Part shown: positions 30,732 through 32,000 of the stretch, in pieces
Layout of the letters: each line of letters starts with the position of its first letter
Numbering within the stretch: the stretch's first letter is position 1
The notes under the pieces: model-generated
The model's input: the letters and a program-made list of their open reading frames with translations, nothing else
Databases searched by the model: none
What the model was told of the DNA's origin: nothing
Made by a program: the position numbers and the translations under genes
Source: Candidatus Woesearchaeota archaeon
GTDB lineage: Archaea > Nanobdellota > Nanobdellia > Pacearchaeales > GW2011-AR1
Length of the DNA stretch: 32,000 nt
Direction of reading: 5' to 3'
Assembly: GCA_964526265.1 (NCBI GenBank)
Contig: CAZGIL010000003.1
Location: forward strand, 13,063 to 45,062

Positions 30732-31061
30732 TCAATCTAAACTAATTGACTCATTTTCCTTCAACAAGTTTTTCTTTGTAAGCATCCAGTCGAGTTTTAC
30801 AAGATTTTTAACAAATTCATTCTCCATGTTAAGTTTATAATAATCAGATTTTCCAACCCTTCTTGTTTTGCATATCACTTCCGATTTGATGAATTGTTCA
30901 AAGAATACTTTAATAGAATTATAACTCACATTGCTCTCTCTCGCTATTTCGGTTATGGGATAATCAAAAAAGTGGTTATCTATCAGGAAATCCATAACTC
31001 TCAATTGAGGAGTATCTCCAAACTGCATAAGGAAAAAACTCTTATTTTCTTTGGTTTTCAT
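30732..31061 (-). CDS. Winged-helix transcriptional regulator
   Basis: 109 aa. RVMDFLIDNHFFDYPITEIARESNVSYNSIKVFFEQFIKSEVICKTRRVGKSDYYKLN is a typical wHTH (helix-turn-helix plus wing). Confidence 0.65.
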   Translation of the reverse strand: MKTKENKSFFLMQFGDTPQLRVMDFLIDNHFFDYPITEIARESNVSYNSIKVFFEQFIKSEVICKTRRVGKSDYYKLNMENEFVKNLVKLDWMLTKKNLLKENESISLD

Positions 31062-31158
31062 AACGAAGCAAGAATGCCCAAGTTTTTAAATGTTTCCATT
31101 AAACAATAAATATTTTAAAGATAGCAACATTTAAAAATTACAAAACCCTCCAACGCTC

Positions 31159-31419
31159 ATGTCAATAGATAAAGAAAAAGCACAGGTTATGTTTAAACTC
31201 ACCAGAAAAAATAACTGGGACTCATGTTATGATAGGACAGAACATTTTAAGAGATTTCAGAACCTTAACCAAATTATAAAGGATTTGTCAAGAATTGGTT
31301 GGATAATTCTTCATAAAAAACCCAACTACCTTGCCCTTTCACTTAATACGAGCTTCAAAAAAGAAATAATTCAATATATTGAAAATAATCTGCCTGAATT
31401 AAGGGGGGCGGTTAAATAA
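31159..31419 (+). CDS. Small hypothetical protein
   Basis: 86-aa ORF with an ATG start. TTTAAAAAT lies about 25-30 nt upstream. Divergent from the wHTH gene. No family recognised. Confidence 0.4.
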   Translation: MSIDKEKAQVMFKLTRKNNWDSCYDRTEHFKRFQNLNQIIKDLSRIGWIILHKKPNYLALSLNTSFKKEIIQYIENNLPELRGAVK

Positions 31420-31427
31420 AAGTTTTA

Positions 31428-32000
31428 TTATTTATCTATTCCAATCGTTTTGAATAAAAATTCGTCCGTAACCCGGGTTATATTCTCTGCCGGAGAGACA
31501 ATATAAACACAATTATTCTCTTGCACTATCGTGCTCACATTTCCTTCTCTAATAACAATTAAATTATCATCACAAGTCTTTATAGGAAAATCCCCCCCAC
31601 AATCCTCTCCTTTAAGGCATGCATAACTAACTCGAAGAGCAATATTTCCGAGGTTAGTATAAATCTCGTTTGTTGCTATAGTGTTATTTGAAGCAATATA
31701 GAGTGGCTGCCCGGAGTAGCTAGAAATTGGATTTACTTCTCCCCCAATACTCGGAACTTCGTTTGGATTATTGACAAACCAAAACTGATTGCTTCCTATT
31801 TGTGTTATCCAGTAACCATTCTGATTGTAAAATGTAAATCCGTTATAAACGACTTTTGTTGTAGCACTTGTAGAATCTCCCCTATTAAACGCATACCCTA
31901 GCGTGCTTACCAACATCAATACAATTAGGATTAAACCAACAAATAATTGTTTATTCCTACTCGACTTATCCGCGACTTTTTTCGAAACAATTTTTCTCAT
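31428..32000 (-). CDS. Membrane-anchored secreted protein, paralog of ORF 29951-30661
   Basis: The ATG sits at the window edge (32000). TM LFVGLILIVLMLVSTLGYAF. The ectodomain has YNGFTF, NNPNEVPSIGG, KTCDD and NNCVY blocks. Confidence 0.55.
   Translation of the reverse strand: MRKIVSKKVADKSSRNKQLFVGLILIVLMLVSTLGYAFNRGDSTSATTKVVYNGFTFYNQNGYWITQIGSNQFWFVNNPNEVPSIGGEVNPISSYSGQPLYIASNNTIATNEIYTNLGNIALRVSYACLKGEDCGGDFPIKTCDDNLIVIREGNVSTIVQENNCVYIVSPAENITRVTDEFLFKTIGIDK

Overview
AT-rich, very gene-dense archaeal chromosome segment. Archaea-specific genes (L40e, L37ae, aIF5A, RpoP, Spt5, P0/P1 stalk, Taw1, prefoldin beta, FtsZ plus SepF) together with a miniature archaeosortase suggest a small-genome DPANN-type lineage (inference only). 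I support about 50 CDS and two tRNAs, Ser-UGA and Pro-UGG. Neither tRNA is in the ORF track, and neither are four short conserved genes I translated by hand: S19 fragment, L40e, SecE, RpoP. The core content is r-protein operon L3-L4-L23-L2-S19, L1-P0-P1, ftsZ-ORF-secE-spt5-L11 and L37ae-rpoP-pfdB-sepF. Other core genes are AMP phosphorylase, an XPD-like helicase, Taw1, an M50 protease, aIF5A-L40e and an FKBP. Most genes sit 29-34 nt downstream of a TTTATAAA-type TATA box, which implies leaderless mRNAs. Accessory or unusual content: (1) a ~2.4 kb low-GC island at 14365-16882 of toxin-antitoxin/nucleotidyltransferase cassettes, partitioned by three copies of a conserved G5-box-plus-hairpin repeat (cassette-array or att-like). 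(2) A low-GC four-gene operon at 3060-5395 encoding an RHH protein, a membrane-tethered HNH nuclease and two membrane proteins, next to the ribosomal operon. (3) A LAGLIDADG endonuclease ORF that reads through tRNA-Pro exactly where the L11|L1 synteny is broken. (4) A 354-nt non-coding spacer between secE and spt5 with two perfect long-range complementarities in crossed order. (5) A surface protein adjacent to a mini archaeosortase. (6) Atypical stalk proteins: L11 has a hinge-like tail and P0 lacks the conserved C-terminal peptide. All calls rest on reading the sequence and remembered family motifs. No database search was possible.
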